Positions 1 to 10,674 of a stretch of 64,000 nucleotides of DNA are shown piece after piece. Position 1 is the first letter of the stretch. Every line of letters begins with the position of its first letter. The stretch is from positions 640,589 through 704,588 of the forward strand of contig JBAZXP010000001.1 in the NCBI GenBank assembly GCA_041659805.1. Reading direction: 5' to 3'. The notes beneath the pieces are model-generated. The model made no database searches and had not been told where the DNA came from. It saw only the letters and a list, made by a program, of their open reading frames with translations. A program made the translations under genes and the position numbers. The DNA is from Microgenomates group bacterium (lineage in GTDB: Bacteria; Patescibacteriota; Microgenomatia; Daviesbacterales; UBA10151).

Positions 1-422
1 TTAATGGAATACCCGCCATCCTTTAAAATCTTTTTAGAGTTAATTATAAAATTGGGGACACCTTCTAGATGTTCGAGAACATAACGGGAAACGACTAAAT
101 CTACTGATTGAGGTTTAAGGGGTAATGGTTTATTAATATCTGCGACTAATGTTTTGTTTGCACTAATGTTTTTTTCTAATTCGCTTTCATCTTCATCGAC
201 TACTATTAATTGATTTTTTAGTTTTTTGTTAAGATATTTTACAAAAGGGCTTGATCTTCCTCCTCCAAGATCTACAATCACCTGATTTTTTTGTTTGTTT
301 GCATATTCTGAAACTATCTGGGAATATTTATCAGTAATGTCTGGTTTTGCATGAGGAAGCATCTTTTCTATTTTTCTGCTGATATTTTGATTTAATTCAA
401 TAAATTTTTTTAACTGATTCAT
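1..422 (-). CDS. Class I SAM-dependent methyltransferase (3' end runs off window)
   Basis: Hand translation from ATG 422: MNQLKKFIELN...VIVDLGGG...VDLVVSRYVLEHL...ILKDGG; SAM motif I and post-II motifs; not in ORF track. Confidence 0.8.
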   Translation of the reverse strand, partial: MNQLKKFIELNQNISRKIEKMLPHAKPDITDKYSQIVSEYANKQKNQVIVDLGGGRSSPFVKYLNKKLKNQLIVVDEDESELEKNISANKTLVADINKPLPLKPQSVDLVVSRYVLEHLEGVPNFIINSKKILKDGGYSI

Positions 423-487
423 ATATTGTTAACCTTGATTTATTATACCTTTAAACTTAAAATTGATTCCAGGCTTATAGGGAAAAA

Positions 488-1270
488 ATGATTATACAAA
501 AAAATAAAATATTTAAGTATAAGGATTTGTTTTGGCAATTAACTTTGCGAGACATTAAGGCAAAATATAAACAATCTTATCTGGGTTATTCCTGGGTAAT
601 TTTAGTGCCTTTAATTAATTTAACTGTGCTCAGCATTGTATTTACTTTTGTTTTTAAAGTTCCGACTGGACCGGTTCCGTATCCTGTTTATTTATTTACC
701 GCGCTTGTTCCCTGGCTGTTTATGTCAAATGCTATAGTTGCAGCAACCGGAAGTGTTTTAGCAAATTCATCGCTTGTCACAAAAATATATTTACCCAGAG
801 AAATTTTGCCGTTATCGGCGATTGCGTCAAAATTGGTTGATTTATTTTTAACTGCGGTCATATTGGGATTATTTATGATTCTTTTTAGAGTTCCTTTCCA
901 TACTTCAATTCTATTCGTTCCCATAATTTTATTTATTCAAGTGATGTTGATAACAGGTATATCTTTTATTCTTTCTGCCAGCAATGTTTTCTATAGAGAT
1001 ATAGAACATGCAATCGGAGTAATACTCGGTGTTTGGATGTATCTAACGCCTGTTGTTTATTCTCCTGATTTAATTCCACCTGATTTAAAAATATTTTTTT
1101 ATTTAAACCCGATGAGTGGAATAATTGATGCTTATAGAGCAACCATCCTATACGGTGTTATTCCTTTATGGCCGGCATTTTTATATTCTTTCCTTTTTTC
1201 ACTTATTATTTTTATAGTGGGCTATTTTTATTTTAGAGCTAATGCCAAATATTTTGCAGAAGTAATATAA
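488..1270 (+). CDS. wzm: Polysaccharide ABC exporter permease (Wzm/TagG family)
   Basis: RDIKAKYKQSYLGYSW, YLTPVVYS, LNPM motifs; about 6 TM segments; adjacent to Wzt. Confidence 0.92.
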   Translation: MIIQKNKIFKYKDLFWQLTLRDIKAKYKQSYLGYSWVILVPLINLTVLSIVFTFVFKVPTGPVPYPVYLFTALVPWLFMSNAIVAATGSVLANSSLVTKIYLPREILPLSAIASKLVDLFLTAVILGLFMILFRVPFHTSILFVPIILFIQVMLITGISFILSASNVFYRDIEHAIGVILGVWMYLTPVVYSPDLIPPDLKIFFYLNPMSGIIDAYRATILYGVIPLWPAFLYSFLFSLIIFIVGYFYFRANAKYFAEVI

Positions 1271-1272
1271 AT

Positions 1273-2004
1273 ATGGGCGAAAACTTTGTAATCAAATTAG
1301 ATAATGTTAGTAAAAAATTTAAGCGTGGGCATAGACTTCTTTTGAAGGAAGCTTTGTTAGATTTATTTAGAGCGCCAAGACAAGAGGATTTTTGGGCATT
1401 GAAAAGCGTAAGTTTTAAAATCAAAAAAGGGGAATCCATAGGAATAATTGGAAGCAACGGTTCCGGGAAAAGCACGATTTTAAAACTGATCGCAGGTGTT
1501 TTGACGCCAACTCATGGAACGATTAAAGTACAGGGTAAGATAGGCCCTTTAATAGAACTTGGCGCAGGATTCCATCCGGAATTAACAGGTCGGGAGAATA
1601 TATATTTAAACGGGACTATTTTGGGGTTATCTATAAAAGAAATCGATGCTAAATTTGATGAGATTGTTAATTTCTCAGAACTTTCAGATTTTATCGATAC
1701 TCCTGTTAAACATTATTCTTCAGGTATGTATATGAGGTTAGGTTTTGCTATAGCTGTTCATGTTGAACCGGACATATTGTTGGTTGATGAAATTTTATCA
1801 GTTGGCGACATTGGTTTTCAAAAGAAATGTTTGGATAAAATGAAGGAATTTCACAAAAACGGGGTTACGGTTATAGTTATCTCCCATTCTCCGGATTTAA
1901 TTAAATCCTTTTGTAAAAAAGTTTTTTTAATAAATCAGGGGAAAATTATTGGTGTGGGATTAACAGAAAACATAATTAAAAAATATAATAAATTAATAAA
2001 TTAA
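1273..2004 (+). CDS. wzt: Polysaccharide ABC exporter ATPase (Wzt/TagH), no C-terminal carbohydrate-binding domain
   Basis: GSNGSGKST, GAGFHPELTGREN, YSSGM signature, LLVDE. Confidence 0.93.
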   Translation: MGENFVIKLDNVSKKFKRGHRLLLKEALLDLFRAPRQEDFWALKSVSFKIKKGESIGIIGSNGSGKSTILKLIAGVLTPTHGTIKVQGKIGPLIELGAGFHPELTGRENIYLNGTILGLSIKEIDAKFDEIVNFSELSDFIDTPVKHYSSGMYMRLGFAIAVHVEPDILLVDEILSVGDIGFQKKCLDKMKEFHKNGVTVIVISHSPDLIKSFCKKVFLINQGKIIGVGLTENIIKKYNKLIN

Positions 2005-2043
2005 AAATAATATTCAATTGGTACCTTTATTTATCAAATTCAT

Positions 2044-2451
2044 ATGACTACTAAATCCATTGTTTCTTTCTTTGATAAAGATCCTCTTTTAAGTAAACTA
2101 ATTTCTTTTTTGCGTAAATTAAAACACAAGCTTTATCGCTTGAAAAAGGCTTTTTATTATAGAAGCTCAATTCTTATTAAAGAGGATCTTTACGAAAGAG
2201 ACTTTATTTTTCTAAAAAAGGAAACAAATAAATGGGTAGCATTAGATTTTGAAAATGTAGGAAATGATTTATATATAAAAATTAAAAGATTAAAAGATGG
2301 AAAGATATTTTTACTCGATCAACCTTTTTTTTATACTTTACAGCTTGGGATGACTAAAAACGCCTCTACAGAAGTAGAATTTGTATATGCCGTAAAGAAA
2401 TATACATACAACAATATATTAAAAACATTAAAAATCCTTAATCTATGCTAA
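2044..2451 (+). CDS. Hypothetical protein in glycan locus
   Basis: 135-aa ORF overlapping the start of the downstream GT; no motif recognised. Confidence 0.55.
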   Translation: MTTKSIVSFFDKDPLLSKLISFLRKLKHKLYRLKKAFYYRSSILIKEDLYERDFIFLKKETNKWVALDFENVGNDLYIKIKRLKDGKIFLLDQPFFYTLQLGMTKNASTEVEFVYAVKKYTYNNILKTLKILNLC

Positions 2452-3635
2452 AGAATATATTACTTGTAAATATCGCTTATCCCCCACACCACTATGGTGG
2501 ATCAGGAATTAATATCAAGAATCTTACCGTTTTTTTACAAGATCTTGGTTACAATGTGTTCGTATTTACCGGAGGAAGAAGGGAAGAAATAGTTAATGAT
2601 AGCGGAGTTATAATTTATAGAAATAAAAGTCATGTTCAGGAAAACTCTCCGCTTTCCAATTCTAATTATTTAAGAAAAGTTTTAGAAAGAAAATTTATCA
2701 ATATAATTAAAAAAAATAATATTAATATAGTTCATTTTAATTCCATCCAGGGTTTAGGGGCAAATCTTATTAAGTTATCTTTGAAACTTGATATAAAGAC
2801 TTTTCTTACAATGCACGATTTTTGGTGGATTTGTCCTTCACTTTTCTTAAAGAGTTCTCATAGCCAAACAGTTCCTTTTCATAATCATGAGCAATTTTGT
2901 TACAAAGGTTCTTATGCAGAGAGGCTCCTAAAAAGAAAACAATATTTATATGAGATCTTAAAAGAAAATAAGCTTAAAATTATTTCTGTTTCAGAATCCG
3001 CAAAAAAGGCATTGATTTATCTTGGGTTACCAAATGCAAAAAATTATTTAGTTGTAGAGAATGGGATAATACCCTGTACTTTTGATAAAGTTAATTTAAC
3101 CGAAAAAAAAGAAGGAAAAGTGGTATTTTCTTTTTTGGGTGGTGTTGATATATCGGTGAAAGGGTTTCATTTAATATATGGAGCGTCAAGCTATCTTAAA
3201 CTAAATACAGATAAATATGAGATTAGGTGCTATCGTGTTTTAGATCATGCTTTAAAAACCATCTTTAATTATAATTCTCTCCGTAAACGTAATATAAAAC
3301 TATTTGGCACGTTTGATAACTCGAAAATTTATCAAATCTTATCAGAAACGGACTGTCTTATTGTTCCGAGTCAAGCCTATGAAACTTTTTCGATGAGTGC
3401 AAGGGAGGCTTTATTTGCAGAAAAAATATTAATTTCTTCCGGAATGGGTGCACTTTCAGAAATTCCTTCACCGAAACATATTATCTTTAATAAAAACTCG
3501 TCCCAAGATTTAGCAGAAAAGATGTTTGATGTAATTAATAATATAGATAGTCTTAGGACAAGAGATAGTGGTTTGCAAATTAAGACTCTTAGTGACCAGG
3601 CAAAGAATCTTCATATTTTATATCAGGGAAATTAA
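2445..3635 (+). CDS. Glycosyltransferase family 4 (GT-B)
   Basis: YPPHHYGG, TMHDFWWICP, VPSQAYETFSMSAREA (EX7E). Confidence 0.88.
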   Translation: MLKNILLVNIAYPPHHYGGSGINIKNLTVFLQDLGYNVFVFTGGRREEIVNDSGVIIYRNKSHVQENSPLSNSNYLRKVLERKFINIIKKNNINIVHFNSIQGLGANLIKLSLKLDIKTFLTMHDFWWICPSLFLKSSHSQTVPFHNHEQFCYKGSYAERLLKRKQYLYEILKENKLKIISVSESAKKALIYLGLPNAKNYLVVENGIIPCTFDKVNLTEKKEGKVVFSFLGGVDISVKGFHLIYGASSYLKLNTDKYEIRCYRVLDHALKTIFNYNSLRKRNIKLFGTFDNSKIYQILSETDCLIVPSQAYETFSMSAREALFAEKILISSGMGALSEIPSPKHIIFNKNSSQDLAEKMFDVINNIDSLRTRDSGLQIKTLSDQAKNLHILYQGN

Positions 3636-3636
3636 A

Positions 3637-4674
3637 ATGATAAGTATTGTTATTGTAAATTTTAATGGCGGAATAAAGGTTGTGAAATCGGTAAGAAGTG
3701 TGTTGGCTCAAGCGCACCGTGATTATGAGTTGATTGTTGTAGATAATGGATCGACCGATAATTCGAAAGATGAAATTATTCAAAAATTTTCCGGAAAAAT
3801 TAAATTAATTGAATTGAAAAAAAATTTTGGTTTCACAAAAGGATGTAATTTGGGGATATCTGAAAGTAAAGGAGAGTATATTATGTTCCTGAATAATGAT
3901 GCTTATTTGTCAGGCAAAAACTTTCTTGTTATTGCAGAAAATATTTTAAAAAAATCCAAAAATAATATTTGTGGGATTTTCCCGAAAGTTTTTTTTAATT
4001 GGGAAAAAAACGTATTAAACAGTACTTATGCAATATGGCATAAAGATATACTGTGGTTTGACGAACATATAGGTTCGGTAGATCCTGAATTATTAAGTTT
4101 GGATGATCAACAGAAGGAAGTGTTTGGGGCAATGTTTATTGCACCAATATTTAAAAAAAGTATTCTTGAAAGCAGCGGTGGATTTGACGAGATGTTATTT
4201 ACTTACGGTGAAGATTTTGATTTATCTTACCGCATGAATATTTACGGATATAAATTTTTGTATACGCCTTTAATTAAGGTTTATCATGATTATAGATCTT
4301 CGTCGTTAGACGAGATTCAACCGCTTTGGTCGTATTTTTATTTTTTACGGAATTATTTAATTGTTATTCTTAAAAATTATGAACTGAAAAATATTATCGG
4401 TAAATTTTCAAGTTATACCTATCATTTCAGGGTTGCTTTAAAACATTCGATTAAATTTAAAGAGTGGCGGAAAATGTTGTTAATGCTCAAAATTCTTATT
4501 AGTCTTTTGTTTTTGGCCCCATTAATTATTAAAAAAAGATTAGAGATACAGCGTAAACGAAAATTTAATGATGTAAAAATTTGGTCGAATGAGTTTGTAA
4601 TTAACTATAATCCCAATTTTTATAATTCACATATTGTTTTAAATTCCGGAAATGTTACTAAAATAAGAAAATAA
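3637..4674 (+). CDS. Glycosyltransferase family 2
   Basis: ISIVIVNFN, VVDNGSTD, FLNNDA, GFDE..FTYGEDFDL; start moved to ATG 3637 just after upstream stop. Confidence 0.9.
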   Translation: MISIVIVNFNGGIKVVKSVRSVLAQAHRDYELIVVDNGSTDNSKDEIIQKFSGKIKLIELKKNFGFTKGCNLGISESKGEYIMFLNNDAYLSGKNFLVIAENILKKSKNNICGIFPKVFFNWEKNVLNSTYAIWHKDILWFDEHIGSVDPELLSLDDQQKEVFGAMFIAPIFKKSILESSGGFDEMLFTYGEDFDLSYRMNIYGYKFLYTPLIKVYHDYRSSSLDEIQPLWSYFYFLRNYLIVILKNYELKNIIGKFSSYTYHFRVALKHSIKFKEWRKMLLMLKILISLLFLAPLIIKKRLEIQRKRKFNDVKIWSNEFVINYNPNFYNSHIVLNSGNVTKIRK

Positions 4675-4676
4675 AT

Positions 4677-6101
4677 ATGAATAAGGAAAAATTTCTTAAA
4701 AAGAATGAGTTATGGGTATGGGGCCTTCTTTCTTTTTTACTATTTTTGAAATTCATTTTTGTTACAAGTTTGGATAGGAATAATTTTTTACTAACATATC
4801 CGTATTTTACCCCGGACAGCTACCGCTTATTGGCGTCAGGAATAAGGTTGTTTGATTCGGCAAATCCCACATTTCATAATTTCGGCTTTTCGTTTATTGT
4901 TAATCTTTTACATTCATTTAATTCACTTTTCCTCTTGGTTTTGATAAATCATTTGGTCTTTTTAGGAATAATTTTTTTTGTATTTAAAATTTCTAAACTT
5001 CTAACGAACAGCTTTTATTGGAGTTTTTTAGTTGTTATATTCATGTTTTTAAATTATAATCTTCAAATTTTTGCAAATTATATTTTAGCGGATTATTATG
5101 CAATATTTTTTATTGCTGTGTCTTCCTATCTGTTAATTTCTGAAAGGATTAGATTATCCTTTTTTTTGCTGGGAATTTCTGGATTATTTCAAAATTTAGC
5201 ATTTATTATTTCTCCTGTTTGGTTTCTGTATTTATATTATATAAAAAATGTCTCAGCAGGTTTTATACTAGGTAGTTTTAATAAGCTCGCTGTTTTATTT
5301 TTACTATTGTTAGGTTTTAATCTACCTTGGTATTTATATAAAATATTTAATTTCGGTAATCCTTTTTATTCAAAAGTTGATCAATTTCATTTGCTTCAAC
5401 CGAATTTTAACTCATTATTCTTCTACTTTATTAATGCATATACTTTATTCGGCGCAATGTTCTTTTTAGTTGTTTATTCGTTATTAACCCGATATAAATC
5501 ATATTTATTTGATAGAAAAACCCTTTTTTTAACTTTAGGGTTTTTTACAACACTTCTTTTTTGGACAGTTTTTTACGAATGGAATGACAGAAGATTTTTG
5601 CTCTATTTGGTTCCTTTCGTATACCCCCTGTTTGCACTGTATTTAAAAAATACTTTTACAAGTAAAATTAATTTTAAATTTATAATTGTCATTCTATTAT
5701 TGCTATATCCTACAAGTATTTCATTGGGATCTTTTTTTAACAGTAATACAATTATGATAACAAACTGGGATAAAATAACCTTTTATGCTTTCTCTGACGA
5801 GATACAACAAGCGCATATATCTTTTCCTATAAAATACGAGCATGCGCATTTTACAGCTGTACGAGCTTTGAATATAGTTTATATCGAGTCCATAGGTCAT
5901 TATTTTGTAGCACCAAAAGTAGTAGGGACACTATATTCTAAATATCGAATTATTATAGAAAAAGGATATAACAAAAACACAAATGAGATTTGTATAGGGG
6001 ATAATGAGATTTCAGCATATGAGTTTAGTAATATTTTATTGATTATAAAAAATATAAATTTAGATAATATTAAATTAGTCAAAAATTGTTCACCTAAATG
6101 A
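4677..6101 (+). CDS. Multi-pass membrane protein, probable GT-C fold glycosyltransferase
   Basis: More than 10 hydrophobic segments, loop motif TPDSY, DRRFLLYLVP; glycan-locus context. Confidence 0.55.
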   Translation: MNKEKFLKKNELWVWGLLSFLLFLKFIFVTSLDRNNFLLTYPYFTPDSYRLLASGIRLFDSANPTFHNFGFSFIVNLLHSFNSLFLLVLINHLVFLGIIFFVFKISKLLTNSFYWSFLVVIFMFLNYNLQIFANYILADYYAIFFIAVSSYLLISERIRLSFFLLGISGLFQNLAFIISPVWFLYLYYIKNVSAGFILGSFNKLAVLFLLLLGFNLPWYLYKIFNFGNPFYSKVDQFHLLQPNFNSLFFYFINAYTLFGAMFFLVVYSLLTRYKSYLFDRKTLFLTLGFFTTLLFWTVFYEWNDRRFLLYLVPFVYPLFALYLKNTFTSKINFKFIIVILLLLYPTSISLGSFFNSNTIMITNWDKITFYAFSDEIQQAHISFPIKYEHAHFTAVRALNIVYIESIGHYFVAPKVVGTLYSKYRIIIEKGYNKNTNEICIGDNEISAYEFSNILLIIKNINLDNIKLVKNCSPK

Positions 6102-7078
6102 AATCGATGAAAAAAGATATGCTAGTTTCTGTTGTCATACCATCTTGGAATGGCATTGAATTGCTTAATGATTGTTTATTGTCTTTAGAGAAGCAGTCGT
6201 ATAAGTCTTTAGAGGTTATTGTTGTCGACAATGGATCTTCTGATGATTCAGTTAAATATATAAAATCAAATTTTCCAAAGTTTAAAGTAGTCGAGCTTTC
6301 ATATAATCAGGGTTTCTCTGTAGCAGTGAATATTGGGATTAAGAAATCTTTGGGCGAGTATATTTTTATACTTAATAACGATACAGAAGTAGATAAAAAT
6401 TGTATTTTACATTTGGTCAAAGCACTAAGTAAAAACCAGGAAGTAGGAATGATGGCATCTAAGATTTTAAATTTTTATCAAAGAGATTTTATTGATAATG
6501 CAGGAGATGAGCTGGATACTGTAGGACATTTATTGGTTAAAGGATATGGAAAAAAAGACGGATTAAAGTTTAGTAAACAATATTCTTTATTTTTAGTATC
6601 CGGCGGAGGAAGTTTATTCAAGAGGGAGGTATTTGAAAAGATTGGATATTTTGATGAAAGTTATTTTATGTATATGGAAGATGCTGATTTATGCTTTAGA
6701 GCACAGTTGGCAGGATTTAGAGCTTTATTTGAGCCAAGGGCGATAATTTATCATAAAAGAATGGCTACTTCTTCAAAGAATCTTTCACTAGTTGAATGTT
6801 TAAATTTCCGTAACATGACTATGAATATAATCAAGGATTTTCCGGTTGCTTTGCTGATGCACAATTTTAATTGGTTAAAAATTATTTTGGTTAATTTAAA
6901 TACCTTGAAATACTTAATTGGTAAGGGTTATTTGATGGGAGCTTTAAAAGCTGAGTGGTTTATACTTTGTAATTTAAGGGTATTATTTGAAAAAAGAAAA
7001 ATTATACAAAAATCAAAAATTGTATCAGACCAATATATTATTAAAAATGTTAAAGAGAAGAGATGCAATATTTTTTAA
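6098..7078 (+). CDS. Glycosyltransferase family 2
   Basis: VSVVIPSWN, VVDNGSSD, ILNNDT, FDESYFMYMEDADL. Confidence 0.9.
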   Translation: MKSMKKDMLVSVVIPSWNGIELLNDCLLSLEKQSYKSLEVIVVDNGSSDDSVKYIKSNFPKFKVVELSYNQGFSVAVNIGIKKSLGEYIFILNNDTEVDKNCILHLVKALSKNQEVGMMASKILNFYQRDFIDNAGDELDTVGHLLVKGYGKKDGLKFSKQYSLFLVSGGGSLFKREVFEKIGYFDESYFMYMEDADLCFRAQLAGFRALFEPRAIIYHKRMATSSKNLSLVECLNFRNMTMNIIKDFPVALLMHNFNWLKIILVNLNTLKYLIGKGYLMGALKAEWFILCNLRVLFEKRKIIQKSKIVSDQYIIKNVKEKRCNIF

Positions 7079-7815
7079 CTTGTGTATTTTACTTTGCGTG
7101 TTAGTTGGGTGATGTTCCCTGCTTTGTCAGTTGCAATAATAGTTATGGTATTGTCTCCTTCATTTATTTCTATAATCTGAGAGAAGGCACCATCGCCGTC
7201 AACTATAGCTCTGCTGCCGTTAATTGTAATAGTAATATCTTTGTCTGAATTAGTCTTGCCACTGACTGTTATTTTTTTATCTCCGCCTTTAATTTCTGTA
7301 TTATCTGTAGGTGACTGTATGTCTAATTTGGGTTTTTCGTTTGAATAAATAATATAGATTGGTTTTGAAGAAAGACTTTTATTTCCATTATTATCAATTG
7401 TTACCCCTGAAATACTATTAGAACCGAGACTTAGGTCTATTGGGTTACTGATAAAACTTCCGTCTTCTGAAGTGCTGACAGAAGATTTTAGTTCTCCATC
7501 AAGGTAGATCTCTATTGTTGTGTTCGTCAGGCTGTAACCATGAACTAAAATTGTGGCTGTTGAAGTAGCCTCATATGGGATATTTAAAACAGGAGGAGCA
7601 ACGGATGCGTTTTCTTTTATTGACTCAGGTGCTTTTACAGGTGTTTTAAAACGGTTTAATAAAGAAAGACTGCCGATAAATGTCGGAATAAACCAGACAG
7701 CTAAAATATAAAGAAGAACTGCGCAAATAACAATTGTAAGATAAAAGTTCTTTTTGCTTTTTCTTTCTAATCTTCTTGATAAAAATGATTTATTTGTTGT
7801 GCGTCTATGTTTCAT
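7075..7815 (-). CDS. Membrane-anchored protein with two Ig-like beta-sandwich domains
   Basis: N-terminal TM, then repeats such as GSNSISGVTIDNNGNKS and EGDNTITIIATDKAGN. Confidence 0.7.
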   Translation of the reverse strand: MKHRRTTNKSFLSRRLERKSKKNFYLTIVICAVLLYILAVWFIPTFIGSLSLLNRFKTPVKAPESIKENASVAPPVLNIPYEATSTATILVHGYSLTNTTIEIYLDGELKSSVSTSEDGSFISNPIDLSLGSNSISGVTIDNNGNKSLSSKPIYIIYSNEKPKLDIQSPTDNTEIKGGDKKITVSGKTNSDKDITITINGSRAIVDGDGAFSQIIEINEGDNTITIIATDKAGNITQLTRKVKYTS

Positions 7816-7840
7816 GTTTTCAGATTCCCATTATTCTCGG

Positions 7841-7912
7841 AGCCAACGGTGAGAATTGAACTCACGACCTATCCCTTACGAAGGGAGTGCTCTACCGCTG
7901 AGCTACGTTGGC
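7841..7912 (-). tRNA. tRNA-Thr(CGT)
   Basis: Cloverleaf GCCAACG..GCTC/GAGC..TT CGT AA..GTGAG TTCAATT CTCAC CGTTGGC T; followed by CCG, not CCA. Confidence 0.95.
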
Positions 7913-7988
7913 AGGATTGCCAAACTGCTAATGTATATTTTACAGAAAAAAGCCATATTTTACGAGTGAGTAAAAAAAGAATAAGAGC

Positions 7989-7999
7989 GGGAGATGCAA
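7989..7999 (+). repeat. 11-bp direct repeat GGGAGATGCAA, left copy
   Basis: Identical to 10613..10623; the two copies flank the cassette 8113..10543. Confidence 0.6.
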
Positions 8000-8112
8000 G
8001 TTATTCCGAACTATTAGAACGATTCATGTTCGCATGGGATTGGATGGACAGGCTTTATTACGCATACCAAAGTACTTCTCAGGAACCTATAACAGACTGA
8101 TATAATACTATT

Positions 8113-8745
8113 ATGGCAAAAGTTGATTATAGTGAAGATTATTTTGATCAAGTTAAACAACAGTTTAAAGAATTTACAGAGTTTCGTGCAAAAGTTAGTC
8201 AACAGAGTGAGGATCACCAAATACGAAAAAGGGCAGATTTATTAAATACTTACAATCATATAGTTACTTTTATAGGTATAGTGGCTGGATTCGGATTTAC
8301 AGCCATAGATAAAGTTGAAAACATATACCTATTTCTTATGGGCGAAGCGTTTTTTGTTAGTCTATTTATTTTTAACATTTTTTACTTAAAACAGTTTCAT
8401 ATTACTGAAAGCGAGGCTTTTCAAGATATTAGTGAGAAACTGAATAAAATATTTGATGCAAAAAGTAAGGTATACATAGATTTCTTTATGAAGAAACAAA
8501 GTCGAGCTTTCTTTGAAAAAGCACTCGATGAAGCAGTAGCTAATACTGAGACTCCGAAACCAAAACCTACTAAATTAGATTTAAACTTTCTTTTTAATGT
8601 TTCATTGGTACTCATAGTTATTGGCGGACTTTTCTTGCTTTCATCTTTTGTTAATTGGAATTCTCCGTTTAAGAGCGAAAAATTAAAAAATGGCTCTTGG
8701 CAAGATTATCATCGTTTTTCTGAAAAGCCTAATTTCCGACCATAG
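8113..8745 (+). CDS. Hypothetical membrane protein (about 3 TM)
   Basis: 210 aa; two N-proximal and one C-proximal hydrophobic helices; TATAAT 7 nt before ATG. Confidence 0.75.
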   Translation: MAKVDYSEDYFDQVKQQFKEFTEFRAKVSQQSEDHQIRKRADLLNTYNHIVTFIGIVAGFGFTAIDKVENIYLFLMGEAFFVSLFIFNIFYLKQFHITESEAFQDISEKLNKIFDAKSKVYIDFFMKKQSRAFFEKALDEAVANTETPKPKPTKLDLNFLFNVSLVLIVIGGLFLLSSFVNWNSPFKSEKLKNGSWQDYHRFSEKPNFRP

Positions 8746-8749
8746 ATAC

Positions 8750-10543
8750 ATGACTACTTTGCAAAAATACCTAGTTCTTTCTTTTGGCTACAGAGATTTA
8801 GTGGGAATAACGGGGGCGGGAGGGATCAAAAGAATTGAATCTGAAATTAAAGCTTACAATTTATATGCAGTATTGGAATCATGTTCGAAAATATCACTCA
8901 CTCTTTTAAATAGAGGCGTAGCAAATCCTCTAGGCCAGGCAGAACTACTAAGTGGAATTTTTTCAAACAAAACACAGCGATTGAGATTTTATGAAATAGC
9001 TAGAGCAAAAGCGGCTGGGTCAGCATGGGCAATTTTTAACCAACAAAGCGTACTTGCTCTTGTAAAGATTGCTCTTGCCAATTGTCCGATCGAAGGAGGA
9101 AAAAGTATTGATACAAGCAACATTGAACAACTTGGTTATTGGCTCCTTATTCTGAATGATGAATGCTTCGCAGAAGAAACCGGCGGACAAATAGCTTTAC
9201 CGAGAGGCCATGAAAGAGAAAGACTTAGGCAAGCTCTTGCCCGGTATCAATTTTTCCATATATCTGAAAGGCTGGGCTATAAAATTGGACGGTTTAGATG
9301 GCTGGTCGACTACTTCAAGACACACAAACCCCATGGAATTGACATAGCAAAACTATTTAATGAAGCTACTGGAGGCGTCCCCTTAGATGATTATATGACT
9401 GTATGTTCCTCTCTACTTGTTAAATGGGTCAATATCTCAAATAAAGAAAAGGTGAACCTAACAAATGATTGGATAACCTGTCCTGATGTGTATTTCAAAG
9501 ACACAAAGTTAGAAAAAATATTAATTAAAAGAGTATTAGAAATGATATCTATGTTACCCCAAGAGTTTGAAAATACATATAAAACCTCTGTTGAAGAAAT
9601 ATTGGGTGGTCATGAACAATTTCATTATAATTTTATGCCTTTAGTCTGGAAACCATTAATTTGGTATCAGGATAAGAAGTGTTTTATATGTCCGTCGGTG
9701 GAATATTTATTCGATAAAGTAACCGATGGTATATACAGAACAATTGAGACCTTTTTACGTAATGAAAAAAGAGGGAAAGATAGAGATACATTCTCAATAG
9801 CATGGGGAGATGCATTTGAACAATATATAAACTCTTCTATGTCAAGTGCATTTGGGAATGATTTTTACCCAAGTTCTATGGATAAGAAATCAAAGGAAGA
9901 AATGGCAGATGGCATTATCGACTCAGCAAGTTTTGTGTTTATAGTAGAGACCAAAAATCTTCATTGGTCATATAAAGCAATGGTAACAGGAGATCTTGAA
10001 AGTTCGGGATCCTCACTCAAGCAATTATTTACAGATAAAGGTCTGGCTCAAATAGCAAAGTGCATAAGGAAAACTAAGAATGGTGAATGGAAGCTACCTG
10101 TAGATATCAAGGATAAACAATTTATTCCCGTTCTTGTGGTATCTGAAGGAATGCCTGGGGATGCATACAATCGTAAACTTTATGAAACAATCGCTGAGAA
10201 AGCTAAGTCAATAATTAATGATAAGGATATCTTACCCTTTATTATTTTAACTGCAGAGGAAATAGAGATACTTGAAGCAATTTCTTCAGAAAAAGGTAGC
10301 GAAGAGACAATACAAATTCTTGCTGAATATGCACACCTGTACGTTACTAAAAATGACTTGGGATACGTTCCTGATGCAATTAGTTTCAAAAATTATCTTT
10401 ATCATAAGGGTTACGAAAAACCACAGCTTTCATCTAATAATAAAAGACTATTAAAATATTTCGATGATGTTATGGATGATGTATGTGTTCAGGCATTCGG
10501 AAGAAAAATAGAAAAGAGACGGAAAAAGAGCAAGGAAGCTTAG
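8750..10543 (+). CDS. Large hypothetical protein with C-terminal PD-(D/E)xK (NERD-like) nuclease motif
   Basis: WGDAFEQYI...MADGIID...FIVETK pattern; start probably ATG 8750 (track gives 8690). Confidence 0.65.
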   Translation: MTTLQKYLVLSFGYRDLVGITGAGGIKRIESEIKAYNLYAVLESCSKISLTLLNRGVANPLGQAELLSGIFSNKTQRLRFYEIARAKAAGSAWAIFNQQSVLALVKIALANCPIEGGKSIDTSNIEQLGYWLLILNDECFAEETGGQIALPRGHERERLRQALARYQFFHISERLGYKIGRFRWLVDYFKTHKPHGIDIAKLFNEATGGVPLDDYMTVCSSLLVKWVNISNKEKVNLTNDWITCPDVYFKDTKLEKILIKRVLEMISMLPQEFENTYKTSVEEILGGHEQFHYNFMPLVWKPLIWYQDKKCFICPSVEYLFDKVTDGIYRTIETFLRNEKRGKDRDTFSIAWGDAFEQYINSSMSSAFGNDFYPSSMDKKSKEEMADGIIDSASFVFIVETKNLHWSYKAMVTGDLESSGSSLKQLFTDKGLAQIAKCIRKTKNGEWKLPVDIKDKQFIPVLVVSEGMPGDAYNRKLYETIAEKAKSIINDKDILPFIILTAEEIEILEAISSEKGSEETIQILAEYAHLYVTKNDLGYVPDAISFKNYLYHKGYEKPQLSSNNKRLLKYFDDVMDDVCVQAFGRKIEKRRKKSKEA

Positions 10544-10612
10544 ATTATAGGATCTTGACAGAGATTTTACACCGAACTCTCTTGAGTTTAAATTGAATTC
10601 AATTGTTGAGGT

Positions 10613-10623
10613 GGGAGATGCAA
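10613..10623 (+). repeat. 11-bp direct repeat GGGAGATGCAA, right copy
   Basis: Identical to 7989..7999; about 50 nt from the tRNA-Gly 3' end. Confidence 0.6.
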
Positions 10624-10674
10624 AATGGGATATTTTATGAGAGATGTAAGCCTAAAATTTAAATTTAAGCAATT

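Noticed and set aside
7807-8100. 97-aa ORF
   Set aside because: Antisense overlap with tRNA-Thr; at most its 3' part is a remnant at the cassette boundary
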